DNA from: a virus
DNA: 64,000 nucleotides
Direction: 5' to 3' (one strand)
Virus record (IMG/VR): IMGVR_UViG_3300027734_000039
How positions within the stretch are numbered: position 1 is the stretch's first letter; the number at the start of each line of letters is the position of its first letter. Positions 37,724-48,187 of the stretch are shown one piece after another. A program made the translations under genes and the position numbers. Under the pieces are notes generated by a model. The model did no database searches and had not been told where the DNA came from. It saw only the letters and a list, made by a program, of their open reading frames with translations.

Positions 37724-40224
37724 CAAAAAAGTTTATCAGCTTAGAAAACTCTATAAAAAAAGTAATAGCCGAAGCATCACAAGACACTCACCGTCTTTCA
37801 TCTATGGCTAACATTCTTTCGGACAGAAACGCAAGTACTGATTCTGCTCCTAAGAATGTTCATCTAAATCGTCCTGCTCCTGCAGGAACGGAACGTAGAG
37901 CAGCTGATGATCAAAATAAACAAACATTAGGTAACGTTGTAAACACTCTTGCTAAAAATACTAGCACCGAACCTCGTGGACCAGAATACGAAAGCGGTCC
38001 TAAGAAAAAAAAGATAAACTTAGAACATACTATAAGAAATACTGTTAGAGAACAAAACTACAAAAAGAAAAATGTAGTTAGAGAAGACTATGAGTATGAA
38101 ATGGCTCGTAACGAACTTCGTACAGCTATTGATGCGGCGAAACGTTTAATTGCCAGCCTTGATGGCGAAGGTGAGCTCGAAGCTTGGGTACAGTCAAAAA
38201 TTACAAAAGGCGCTGATTATCTAGATACAGTTGCTGATTACATGGACTCGCGCGATACAAAGAAGCTAAAAGAACATACTGAAGAAGTTATGGAAACTAT
38301 TGGTATCGTTGGCGATAAGTTCAAGGGCGGTCAGTTTGATTCGCTTAGATCAAATTTCGTTCCTAAAATTGGTCCTGGTCACGAGAGATCATCTGAAAGA
38401 GTTTCTAATCAGAGAAAATTTGCTAAAGAAAAATCAAGTGCGACACTTCAGGGTAAAATTACTGAAGATACTCTAAACGAATTTAAAGATACGAGCATTT
38501 CAAAAACTATAAAAGATAATGCAAAATTAATAGGTGCTGGTTCTGCAATAGGCGCTGGATTGGGTACAATATCTGATAAAACAGATAAAGCGATCGCAAC
38601 TGTTGCTGATCCTATAGCAAAAGCTATTCCCAATTCTGTAAAAGAACCTATTAGTAAAGCAGCTAAAGGCGTAAGAGACTTTTTCAACACTCCTTTACCT
38701 TCTTCTTCTGAAGTTGCTAGTAACTTAGCACAGAAAAAAGAAAACTTCGCTAAACTTACACCAGAACAACAAAGAATGGTTCCTTCTTCAGTTAAAAGAA
38801 GTTTACAAAACGCAACACCAGAAAATACAGAAGCTAGAATGAAAGGCGCTGCAACTGTTGCTGATTTAGGGTCTTATGCTATTCCACCCGTTGCCGCGAC
38901 TCGTTTTGCTTCTGATGCATATGGACATGCTGAAAAGGGGCAATATACTGCAGCTACTTTAGACGCTGCAGCATCTTTACCAAAAAAAATAGGAATTGTT
39001 GCAACTGGTGCAAGCGTAGCAAAAAATATCGTAAAACCAGAAAGTCCAGATAAAGAACCTTCTAAGCAACCAGATGAAACTAGAGCTACTGAAAATGACA
39101 GAGAAGAGTTCAAAAAAAGAACTACACCTCCAGCTTCTCAATCATCTGGTTATACAAATCAAGATGCCATTGAAAAAGAATCTGGACCTAAGAAAAAATC
39201 TCTTAAGGAAACTATATTATTAGTTAGAAAACAAAAATTAGAAGAAAAAAGTGGACGTGCTGAAGCTATAGAAAAAATGGGCGGTACAATAGTAAAAGAT
39301 ATAGAAGATTTTTTAAAGCGTGGAAAATCTCCTGCACCACCTGTTATCGAGCCACCAGTTAAAACTCCAGAGCCAGTTAAAACTCCGGAAGAACCTATAA
39401 AAATACCAGATAAACCAGAACCTGCTAAACCTTTTGAAGAACCGTTTAAGCCAGGAGGGCCAGTATTGCCACCTGATGCTCCTAGACCTACAATTCCAGA
39501 TTTGCCTTATAAGACTCCTCCAAATTATAAGCCACCAACTCCTGCGAATCCAAACGTCTTACCTCCTGGTAAAAAACCAGATTTCGAACCATACAAGATT
39601 CCTAAACCAGATACTCCAAAAATACCAGATGAAGTTCCTACACCAAAGCCAGTTGAAAAGCCAAAGACAGAGCCAAAAACTGAACCAAAAACTGAACCAA
39701 AGACAGAGCCAAAGACAGAGCCAAAAACTGAACCAAAGACAGAGCCAAAAACTGAACCAAAGACAGAGCCAAAAACTGAACCAAAGGCGTTGCCTGTTAA
39801 ATCTGCTATAAAAGAACCTGTTGGTAAAACACGTCCAGGTAAAACTCCCATTCCTATACCTTTGCCTAGTTTTGGTAGCAGATTTAATTACGATACGAAT
39901 CCATATCACTGGACTCATTTCGTTCAACCAAAATTACACTTAGGACGTGCAGATATGCATAGAAGCTTCAAAGAAGATAAAGACAGTTCAGAAAAACGTA
40001 AGGAAATTGAATACGTTGCTCGTCCTAATTCCCCTGGACCAAAGAGTTCAAAGTCAACTCTTGGTAGAACTGGTTCTGTGAAAACTAAAATTATTGATGA
40101 AGAAAAAAAAGTAGCACTAATTAAATCTATTTTCAAAAAGAAAAAAGAAGAAAAAGAAAACGGTGCTAATCCTATGGTGGATTTTGAACCAAAGCTAAAC
40201 CATAAATACGATAATGAAACTTAA
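37720..40224 (+). CDS. Large low-complexity putative internal/ejection polyprotein
   Basis: LEAWVQSKITK..DYL module; Gly/Ala helices; Pro-rich region; two ESGPKKK motifs. Confidence 0.6.
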   Translation: MTKKFISLENSIKKVIAEASQDTHRLSSMANILSDRNASTDSAPKNVHLNRPAPAGTERRAADDQNKQTLGNVVNTLAKNTSTEPRGPEYESGPKKKKINLEHTIRNTVREQNYKKKNVVREDYEYEMARNELRTAIDAAKRLIASLDGEGELEAWVQSKITKGADYLDTVADYMDSRDTKKLKEHTEEVMETIGIVGDKFKGGQFDSLRSNFVPKIGPGHERSSERVSNQRKFAKEKSSATLQGKITEDTLNEFKDTSISKTIKDNAKLIGAGSAIGAGLGTISDKTDKAIATVADPIAKAIPNSVKEPISKAAKGVRDFFNTPLPSSSEVASNLAQKKENFAKLTPEQQRMVPSSVKRSLQNATPENTEARMKGAATVADLGSYAIPPVAATRFASDAYGHAEKGQYTAATLDAAASLPKKIGIVATGASVAKNIVKPESPDKEPSKQPDETRATENDREEFKKRTTPPASQSSGYTNQDAIEKESGPKKKSLKETILLVRKQKLEEKSGRAEAIEKMGGTIVKDIEDFLKRGKSPAPPVIEPPVKTPEPVKTPEEPIKIPDKPEPAKPFEEPFKPGGPVLPPDAPRPTIPDLPYKTPPNYKPPTPANPNVLPPGKKPDFEPYKIPKPDTPKIPDEVPTPKPVEKPKTEPKTEPKTEPKTEPKTEPKTEPKTEPKTEPKTEPKTEPKALPVKSAIKEPVGKTRPGKTPIPIPLPSFGSRFNYDTNPYHWTHFVQPKLHLGRADMHRSFKEDKDSSEKRKEIEYVARPNSPGPKSSKSTLGRTGSVKTKIIDEEKKVALIKSIFKKKKEEKENGANPMVDFEPKLNHKYDNET
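39661..39780 (+). repeat. Ten tandem 12-bp repeats encoding (PKTE)10
   Basis: Two unit variants, CCAAAGACAGAG (A) and CCAAAAACTGAA (B), in the order ABBAABABAB. Confidence 0.95.
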
Positions 40225-40241
40225 TTCTAAGGGATACCACA

Positions 40242-41882
40242 ATGACCGATAAATCTATTAGAGATGCGATTTCTAAAGTTTACAAAAAAGTAATTTCAGA
40301 AGCAGTTGCTGTAGCTCCAGTTCCCCCTGTTGGTGCTCGCCCACGTCCTGCAGCTCCTAGACCTGCCGCTCCCGCTGCTCCCGCTCCAGCTCAATCGTCA
40401 GCAAGAAACGACGACGATTCAGCAGCTTCGTATTGGAATAAAGAAGCTGAAAGAAACCGTGCGCAAGGCGGTAAGCCTATTTCAAACGAATTTAATATTT
40501 TCGGCAGCAAGCCAGCAGCACCAGCTCCTGCTGCACCAAAGCCAGTTGCGCCTAAACCTGCTGCACCAAAAGCTCAAACTCCTCAGCAAAAGTCACCAGC
40601 TCAGGACTATGGCAGCGAAAAACCTTTACCGAATGCTGCAGCTATTCGTTCCCCAGCTCAAGATTACGGTTCAGAAAGACGTTTACCAAATGCTGATGCT
40701 ATTTTGGGTAATCGTTCAGAAACACCAGCTCCTGCTCAACGCGAGAGATTTACACAACCACCAGAAACTGTAGCCACTCCAGAAGATCGTGCTCGTTTCC
40801 AAGGTAGAGCAGCTCAACCGCCAGAAACTAGAGCGTCTGAAGCTGATAGAGAAGCATTTAGAGCCAGAGTAGCTGGCGGAACTTATTCAAATCCAGATGC
40901 CGTAGAAAAAGAATCAGGTCCAGCAAAGAAGAAAAAAATGTCAGAATCAACACTTATCAACTCTTTCTTAAATCTCCAAACTTCGGGCGCTTCTAATATG
41001 TTTGAAGCCGCTAAGAAATTAAAAGGCGATCAGCACAAACTCGATAAGAACCAAAACGGCAAGTTAGATTCGCAAGACTTTAAAATGCTTCGTGGCGAAA
41101 AGATGGAAGAAGCCAAAAAGGCTGATAAAGATTATGACGGCGACGGTAAGATCGAATCATCAAAAGATGAAGTTTGGGGTTCGCGTTTCAAAGCTGCTAA
41201 GAAAGCTGGAAAGATGGACGAAGCTTCTTCATCAGATCCAGATTTCGCTGCTCCAAGACCAGATGGAACTAAAAAGCCAACTGATATCGAGTTCAAACCT
41301 AAGCCAGAAGAAAAGAAACCAGAAGATAAGGTTCCGCTTCCTCCTAAGCGTCCTGATAGTATGAAAGAAGAAGTTTCTTTCTCTGAAACTGAACTTGCTC
41401 ACTTCGAAGCTGTAATCGCTCGTAAAGATCAAAAGGGTAAAGAACGTGGTATCGGTGATACTGTTGACTCTGCTGATCTAACTGATGAATACATGTACGA
41501 GATGGCACAGCGTGGTGTTAAGGCTGGTACTAAGCGTGGTTCCTATAAGAAAAAGGCTACTGACCTGTCAGGTAAAAGAGTAGCTGGTGCTGATGCAGGA
41601 ACTGATGAATCCGATAAGGGTATTCCTCACGTTCTTGATCAAATTCGTGATAATAAAGAAAACGAACGTGGTTTCAAAACTATCACTAATCCTAATTCAA
41701 AGCCAGAAGCTCCTGTAACTAAGCAGATCCATCGTTCAGAACTTCACAGCTTCTACGATGACTACCACAATACAGAAAAGCCAGCTGATAAGGAAAAGAA
41801 ATATTCTAATTTCTTAGGAAAACATTTCGGCAATGAAGAGCCAGTTAGAAAAACTGGAATTTCATTAGGATCAATGAAGTAA
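40242..41882 (+). CDS. Pro/Ala-rich putative internal polyprotein with EF-hand-like loops
   Basis: SPAQDYGSE twice; ESGPAKKKK; DKNQNGKLDSQD; DYDGDGKIE. Confidence 0.6.
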   Translation: MTDKSIRDAISKVYKKVISEAVAVAPVPPVGARPRPAAPRPAAPAAPAPAQSSARNDDDSAASYWNKEAERNRAQGGKPISNEFNIFGSKPAAPAPAAPKPVAPKPAAPKAQTPQQKSPAQDYGSEKPLPNAAAIRSPAQDYGSERRLPNADAILGNRSETPAPAQRERFTQPPETVATPEDRARFQGRAAQPPETRASEADREAFRARVAGGTYSNPDAVEKESGPAKKKKMSESTLINSFLNLQTSGASNMFEAAKKLKGDQHKLDKNQNGKLDSQDFKMLRGEKMEEAKKADKDYDGDGKIESSKDEVWGSRFKAAKKAGKMDEASSSDPDFAAPRPDGTKKPTDIEFKPKPEEKKPEDKVPLPPKRPDSMKEEVSFSETELAHFEAVIARKDQKGKERGIGDTVDSADLTDEYMYEMAQRGVKAGTKRGSYKKKATDLSGKRVAGADAGTDESDKGIPHVLDQIRDNKENERGFKTITNPNSKPEAPVTKQIHRSELHSFYDDYHNTEKPADKEKKYSNFLGKHFGNEEPVRKTGISLGSMK

Positions 41883-42151
41883 TGCCTTTATTCGTTACGA
41901 ATATGATTATTAAGTCGGAGGAGATTCAGTCTCCTTCGCCAATAGTCAACAGAGTTCCTTTGAGTCGAAGCGTTTCTGCACCAATACCTTCTAAAAATAT
42001 CGAAAAAGAAGATAAGGTTGATTTTTATCATAGGGTTCAGGACGAGAAATTAGAAAAACTTTATAATAAAAAATCGCCTTACCTTGTTGATATGGTAGCG
42101 ATAGATTCAGAATAATATAAATATTAAAAAATCTCTAGGAGGATTACAAAA

Positions 42152-43156
42152 ATGGCACAATGGGGTAGAAACGATCAGTCAGTAACTGCTAATAGCACTA
42201 CTACTGTAGAATCATCAAACGGCGCACCAATCGGCACTTACGCACTTGTAAAGGCTGGTGGTGGCAACACATCAGTTCGTGTTGATGCTGCAAACGCTCA
42301 CTACGGAAACACATCAGCTGGTTCGCGTGCAAACGTTGACGTTGGTATGTTCGAAAATACTACAATCAGTGCATACATCCCAGGAGTGGCTGTTGGCGTT
42401 TATGGCGTTGACACTACTGAAATGGGGTTAACGACTGGTTCGTCAAATGGTCTTTATCGTGTAACATCTGGCGGTACTGGTTATGGCGCAAACGCTGTTG
42501 TAACTCTTACTTTTGCTAACGGCGTTTCAAATGTTTCAGCTGCCAACTCAACTGTTGGTACTACTGGTACTAACGCTGGTCGTGTTACTGCTTTCACTTC
42601 GAATGTTTCAATCACTGGAATCACTGGCGCTAACCCAACATTGACTGTTGCTGCTCCTGGTGCAATCAATATCACTGCTAACTCAACTGGTTTCAGTAAC
42701 ACAACTGAAACTATTGTTGTTGCAACTGCTAACTCTAAGTGGCAGGTTGGTGATCGTCTTTACTACGGCGTTCCAGCTGGCAATACAGCAATCGCCCCAC
42801 TTACTGGTAATACATACTACTACGTGTCGTTTGCAAACACTACAACTATTGCTCTTTCGGCAACAGCTGGCGGTGCTAACATTAACATCACTGATGCTCG
42901 TACTACTGCTTCTGGCGAAACTCATACTATTCAGGGCGACACTGCTACTGGCGTATTGATTTTAACTGGCGCTAAACGTCAAGGTGCTGCTCACGCTGGT
43001 TGGGTTCTCCGTACTGAAGGTACTGGCGGTCGCGCTGGTCGTGTTCAGATGGAAACGCTTGTAGCTATGGGTTCACTCGGCGCTCAGACTGCTGCTTATG
43101 GTACAGCTGCTCTAGTTCCAGACGGATCTGACGATAACGTACTACACGACTCTTGA
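42152..43156 (+). CDS. Virion structural protein (Thr/Gly/Ala-rich, fibre or decoration)
   Basis: TATAAATA at 42116; AHAGWV..GRVQMETLVAM motif. Confidence 0.7.
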   Translation: MAQWGRNDQSVTANSTTTVESSNGAPIGTYALVKAGGGNTSVRVDAANAHYGNTSAGSRANVDVGMFENTTISAYIPGVAVGVYGVDTTEMGLTTGSSNGLYRVTSGGTGYGANAVVTLTFANGVSNVSAANSTVGTTGTNAGRVTAFTSNVSITGITGANPTLTVAAPGAINITANSTGFSNTTETIVVATANSKWQVGDRLYYGVPAGNTAIAPLTGNTYYYVSFANTTTIALSATAGGANINITDARTTASGETHTIQGDTATGVLILTGAKRQGAAHAGWVLRTEGTGGRAGRVQMETLVAMGSLGAQTAAYGTAALVPDGSDDNVLHDS

Positions 43157-43171
43157 TAAAGGGGTCGTGTA

Positions 43172-44377
43172 ATGGCTGACAACAGTAAGAAGTTATCAGA
43201 ACTTCCTGTAGCAACGAATGCTGCGAGCACAGATAGGGTATTAATCCTCCGAGATCCTGCTGGCTCGCCTTCTACAAGAACTATTGCTGTCAGCAATTTA
43301 GTTTCAAGTATCGCTTATGCAAATACAACAGTAGCAGGTACGGTTAAGGTTGGTAACAATCTTTCCGTTAATGCTACTGGTTTCTTAAATAGTGTTGGCA
43401 CTGGTAATATATTTTTCACAAACAATGCCATTTCATCAAATAGTAGTGGTGTTATTGTAAGAGGTCAACCTGGATATACTGTTAATATTATATCCAACAC
43501 TTACTCTCGAATTATGTATAACCCAAATGTATCTGTTTCAGATAGTTTTACTAATGGAACTTCATGGGTTTATGCTGGTCCTGGTGGCGTAGGTGTTGAA
43601 GTTTATAATGGCGGAAATGTTCTTTCTGCTGTTTATGCATCAAATACTGGTGTTGTAACTTTATTTGGCAACAGCACATATATTCCAAATAAATTACAAA
43701 TTGGCACAGCTAGCGGATACGATTTCGGTAATCTTGCTCTCATTCAAATTGATTCTTCTGCAAATACATATCAGCAAATTGTAATTCAAAATGCTAATTC
43801 CGGTACACAAGCTTCTGGTGATTTAGTTATAACAGCTGATAACGGCAATGACTCTTTCGGATATGTAGATTTAGGCATCAATAGCTCGAATTATTCTAAT
43901 GCCACATATGGTATTTCTGGCGCTGGTGATGCTTATCTTTATTCAGCTAATAGCCAATTAGTAATTGGTACTGCAACTGTTAAAGATATAGTGTTTCACG
44001 CTGGTGGTACTACTGCTACTAATAGAGTATTAACAGTTAATACAAGTGCGGTGACTGTTAATAGTGCTGCTAATCTTACTGTTACTTCAAATACATTAAA
44101 CCTTGGTACATCTACTATTTCTGCCAATGGTTATACATATTTACCAAACGGTATGAAAATGAACTGGGGTAAACTAGTTTGTAACACAGTAAGTCAAATT
44201 ACATTTTCTAGTGCATTTTCTACAGCTCTTGTTTCCTTAACGGTTACTCCAGCAAGCAATATATATGTTGGTGCTAACACTCCTTATGTATTTGCTTCTA
44301 ATACAACAACAGCAAATGTATATTCGGGATCCACTACAACAACTAACAATGTCTATTTTGTTGCGATAGGTTACTGA
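43172..44377 (+). CDS. Tail-fibre-like protein
   Basis: KKLSELP N-terminus; AGTVKVG; C-terminal NGYTYLPNG..WG..AIGY domain. Confidence 0.75.
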   Translation: MADNSKKLSELPVATNAASTDRVLILRDPAGSPSTRTIAVSNLVSSIAYANTTVAGTVKVGNNLSVNATGFLNSVGTGNIFFTNNAISSNSSGVIVRGQPGYTVNIISNTYSRIMYNPNVSVSDSFTNGTSWVYAGPGGVGVEVYNGGNVLSAVYASNTGVVTLFGNSTYIPNKLQIGTASGYDFGNLALIQIDSSANTYQQIVIQNANSGTQASGDLVITADNGNDSFGYVDLGINSSNYSNATYGISGAGDAYLYSANSQLVIGTATVKDIVFHAGGTTATNRVLTVNTSAVTVNSAANLTVTSNTLNLGTSTISANGYTYLPNGMKMNWGKLVCNTVSQITFSSAFSTALVSLTVTPASNIYVGANTPYVFASNTTTANVYSGSTTTTNNVYFVAIGY

Positions 44378-44397
44378 TAATTACAAAAGAATAATTA

Positions 44398-44787
44398 ATG
44401 AATGAAAAATTGACTGATAAGAACTTTTTATTATTTTGTGCAACACATTATGACAATGCTCAATATGCTTCTACAGAAGATTTTATTGAGGATATGAATA
44501 GGGTAAAGTACATCAAAAAATTAATAACTCGTTATATTGAGAACGGTGAATTGAAAGAGAGATTAATCCTCAATCATATCATAGTTCTCAATAATTGTTT
44601 TGGCCCTGAAGCTTTATGTAAAATACTATATCTTAAATTAAAACCACAGATGAAGTATATAAAGCCTTTTTTAATAATGTTAAATATATTACCAAATAAA
44701 ATTATGAATGTCGGTGAAGAACTTTTTATTGACACCGACCTGATTGAAATGGATGAATACATTGTTGAAAAACTTAGGAAAGTATAA
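44398..44787 (+). CDS. Conserved T4-like hypothetical protein
   Basis: KYIKKL..GELKERLILNHII..FG. Confidence 0.7.
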   Translation: MNEKLTDKNFLLFCATHYDNAQYASTEDFIEDMNRVKYIKKLITRYIENGELKERLILNHIIVLNNCFGPEALCKILYLKLKPQMKYIKPFLIMLNILPNKIMNVGEELFIDTDLIEMDEYIVEKLRKV

Positions 44788-45314
44788 TGCACGAATTAGA
44801 GCATATAAAACAGTTTGTTTCCTTTGCGGCTAAAGAGTTAAAATTAGCATCGGTTCCGCACATCAATTTTGTTGGAAACGAAGAAAATAAGAAACAAACT
44901 TTCGGGCACACTAAGGACAATGTAATAACTGTTCGTGTAACGGGTCGTCACCCTGTAGATGTAATGAGAACTGTTGCTCATGAATTGATTCATTTCAAAC
45001 AGGGAAATAAAAGATCTTCCGAACAGGCTAGAGAAGACGAAGCTAATGCTATTGCTGGTCGCGTGATGCGTGCCTATGCAACAAAATATCCAAATGCATT
45101 TAAACATAGATCAATTCGCGAAGATACAGTTTCTGCAACTCCTGTGAACGCTATGGGCGCTTCCGCTGCTGACCCAACTACTGGCAACATTCAAGGCTAC
45201 TCGCCTATTATGATGCAAAAGAATATGTTAAAAAGACCAAAGCCTCTTTCAGATATCATTGGAAAACGTGCTATGTTAAAAGATTTGAAAAAGGATAAAA
45301 AAAATGGCGTCTGA
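44787..45314 (+). CDS. HEXXH metallopeptidase-like protein
   Basis: DVMRTVAHELIH..EDEANAIAG. Confidence 0.65.
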   Translation: MHELEHIKQFVSFAAKELKLASVPHINFVGNEENKKQTFGHTKDNVITVRVTGRHPVDVMRTVAHELIHFKQGNKRSSEQAREDEANAIAGRVMRAYATKYPNAFKHRSIREDTVSATPVNAMGASAADPTTGNIQGYSPIMMQKNMLKRPKPLSDIIGKRAMLKDLKKDKKNGV

Positions 45315-45705
45315 GGTAACTATCCTAGAAAAACGTCAAGATCGTATGGAAGCTGTTATCGAAAGATTATCAGTAATTCAAACAGACTTAAATAAAATGT
45401 TAGCTGTACATGAAGAACGTATTAATAGCAATCAAAAGAACGTTACCTATCTAGAAGAAGTAGTTGAGAAGCGTAGAGAAGAATCCGATATCAAATTGAA
45501 AGATGTGTACGAAACAATGCGTTCAGAAGATAATAAGATCCTAACAGAATTAAATAATATCCGCAAAGAATCTACAGAACAGCATAATATACTCACTGCT
45601 AAGATAAATGAAATTGAAAAAAGATTGTGGATGTATATCGGCGGCGTTTCGGTAATTGTTTTTGTTCTAACTCACACAGACACTATTCTCAAAATCCTAA
45701 AATAA
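45304..45705 (+). CDS. Coiled-coil protein with C-terminal TM
   Basis: KMLAVHEERI coiled coil; WMYIGGVSVIVFVL. Confidence 0.6.
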   Translation: MASEVTILEKRQDRMEAVIERLSVIQTDLNKMLAVHEERINSNQKNVTYLEEVVEKRREESDIKLKDVYETMRSEDNKILTELNNIRKESTEQHNILTAKINEIEKRLWMYIGGVSVIVFVLTHTDTILKILK

Positions 45706-45771
45706 ACTGTTTGACTTTTAACCGACCATACAGTATAATTACTTTGTGGCTTTGATGATTAAAGGTTGAAC

Positions 45772-46794
45772 ATGGATTGGTTGCAGCACAAGTATATTGG
45801 TATTGTATCGAACAGACTTGATAAGTTTAAGCGTAAAGGACCGAATCTTTGGAACTTTCGTTGTCCTATCTGTGGCGATTCCGAAACCAATAGAAACAAA
45901 GCCCGAGCTTATATTTACGAAAAACAAGGTAAGAGTATGTTCCACTGTCATAACTGTGGGGCTACCTCTTCTGTATCTAATTTTATTAAATCTATTGATC
46001 AAAGTGCGTATAACGAGATGCAGCTGGAAAAGCTGCAGGGTAATAAAACTCCTGAACAAACAGATTATGAAAACTTTGTAAATAAGATGAAGAAGCCAGT
46101 CTTTATGAAGTCTGGTCCCTTGAAAGGTTTGAAGAAAGTATCTCAGCTTTCTCCTGACCATAGAACAAAGAAGTTTGTTGATGCAAGACGGATTCCAACT
46201 ATATATCACGCCAAACTATTTAATTGTCCTAATTTTAAGCAATTTACTAACTCTTTGCTTCCTGATAAATTTGATAGTGCTAGCATTGAAAGAGATGAGT
46301 GTCGCCTTCTTATACCATTCTTGGACGCTAATAAAAATGTTCATGCGTACCAAGGTCGTGCGTTGGGTGCTTCGGCTGTTAAGTACATCACCATCGTTCT
46401 TGATGAAACAGTTCCAAAAGTTTATGGACTGGATACAGTTAACTTTAATCGAAAAACATACGTATTCGAAGGACCCATCGACTCTATGTTTGTTCCTAAT
46501 TCGATTGCAACTGCAGGTGGTGATCTTGTATCTGCAATCGGGTCTTTTGATAAAGAGAATCTCGTCATTGTTTACGATAACGAGCCGAGAAACAAAGAAA
46601 CTGTGAAAAAACTTGACAAAGCTATCCTTCAGGGTTATAATGTATGTATCTGGCCAGATAACCTAGAACATAAAGACGTTAACGATATGATCCTTGCAGG
46701 ACTGACGAGCGACTTCATTAAACATATTATCGATACCAATACGCATAAAGATCTCGCAGCGAAACTGGCTCTTACTAAATGGGGTAAAGTATGA
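45772..46794 (+). CDS. gp61: DNA primase gp61
   Basis: FRCPICGDS..HCHNCG; EGPIDS; DNEPRN; KDVNDM. Confidence 0.96.
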   Translation: MDWLQHKYIGIVSNRLDKFKRKGPNLWNFRCPICGDSETNRNKARAYIYEKQGKSMFHCHNCGATSSVSNFIKSIDQSAYNEMQLEKLQGNKTPEQTDYENFVNKMKKPVFMKSGPLKGLKKVSQLSPDHRTKKFVDARRIPTIYHAKLFNCPNFKQFTNSLLPDKFDSASIERDECRLLIPFLDANKNVHAYQGRALGASAVKYITIVLDETVPKVYGLDTVNFNRKTYVFEGPIDSMFVPNSIATAGGDLVSAIGSFDKENLVIVYDNEPRNKETVKKLDKAILQGYNVCIWPDNLEHKDVNDMILAGLTSDFIKHIIDTNTHKDLAAKLALTKWGKV

Positions 46795-47510
46795 AAAACA
46801 ACCTATTCGAAAATCTTAGACATCTTAAAGATTTCAAAGAGATTATCGGTAAAAACAAACACGATGTTTGGCGTGTTCATTGGAAAGATGGCGGAGAAGT
46901 TGAAATTAAGCGAGCAGGTGATCTTGTTTGCAAAGTCCCCAATCATGATGTTCAATTAGCTACATACATTTGCTCCCTACATAATATGTCAAATCGAATG
47001 ATTAAAGAAGTGGATGAAAAATATGCTAGTTAAGTTTACAAATTCATCTGATCTTCTTAAAGGTAATCCGCTTTATATTAATTCAGAATATGTTGTTTCT
47101 GTTTTCGAAAGTCCAACTGATGGTGGTTCCCTTAAAACTATTATCTGGGGCGGACCAACAGGTATTGGTTGGGAAGTTGAAGAAAGTTTAAATCAAGCTG
47201 TCAAACTAATCAATTCCGCTAACGCTAAAACTTGTGGGTGTAAGTGATGACGACATATAGAACTTTTTATGCTGAAGCTGAAATCGACGTTGATCTTAAC
47301 GAGTGGGACGATGATGAACTTATCAAAGAACTCGAGTCTCGAGAATATCAAATTACACCAAGCGGCGGTCATCCTCAATACGAAGAAATGAAGGACGATA
47401 TTTTCGCGCTATATAAAGAATGGATGGATGATCAAGGCGACCGTGATAATCGTTTCGAAAAAGCCATGCGTAAATTTTTTGAAAAACATTTGGATAAGGT
47501 GAGTGCATAA
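46791..47510 (+). CDS. Three small hypothetical proteins (46791-47033, ~47023-47247, 47244-47510)
   Basis: Coupled ORFs between primase and ThyX. Confidence 0.5.
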
Positions 47511-48163
47511 TGAACAACGCTAAAATTATTGCTGTTTCTCAACCGACTGACGGTTCGTCTGTTGATGAGTTTGTTGCCTACGTAGCTCGAGTTTCTAATC
47601 CTTCTAATCAAAACAATAAAGAAACAGCTCCCAAGTTGCTTCGGTATCTTGCAAAACATAAGCACTGGTCGCCATTTGAGATGGTAAACATTTGTATGGA
47701 AATTGAAACGACTCGAGATATTGCTCGTCAGATTCTTCGCCATCGTTCGTTCAGCTTTCAAGAGTTCTCTCAACGTTATGCTGATCCTACTAATGATCTT
47801 GGATTTGTTGAACGTGAAGCTCGATTGCAAGACCAAAAGAACCGTCAGAATAGTATTGAAACAGATGATACTGCACTACAGCAACAATGGGAATCATATC
47901 AGCGTGATGTTATCCGTAAGGTTACTGGTGCATATCAATGGGCTGCAGAAAATGGTATTGCTAAGGAACAAGCTCGTGCAGTTCTTCCAGAAGGTCTTAC
48001 CGTCAGCCGTATGTATATGAATGGCACTCTTCGTTCATGGATTCATTACTGCCAGCTTCGTATGGGTGTAGAAACTCAAAAAGAACACCGTGAAGTTGCA
48101 ACAGACGCTTGGTATCAAATTACAGCAAAGTTCCCAAGCTTGAAAGACGCACTAGATATTTAA
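47510..48163 (+). CDS. thyX: Flavin-dependent thymidylate synthase
   Basis: HWSPFE, RQILRHRSFSFQEFSQRY, EQARAVLP and TQKEHR motifs. Confidence 0.97.
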   Translation: MNNAKIIAVSQPTDGSSVDEFVAYVARVSNPSNQNNKETAPKLLRYLAKHKHWSPFEMVNICMEIETTRDIARQILRHRSFSFQEFSQRYADPTNDLGFVEREARLQDQKNRQNSIETDDTALQQQWESYQRDVIRKVTGAYQWAAENGIAKEQARAVLPEGLTVSRMYMNGTLRSWIHYCQLRMGVETQKEHREVATDAWYQITAKFPSLKDALDI

Positions 48164-48187
48164 TAAAAATAATAAAGAGGTAACGAT

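Noticed and set aside
39525-39927. Antisense ORFs with FGSV and WFSFWLCL repeats
   Set aside because: These are reverse-frame readings of the PKTE repeat.
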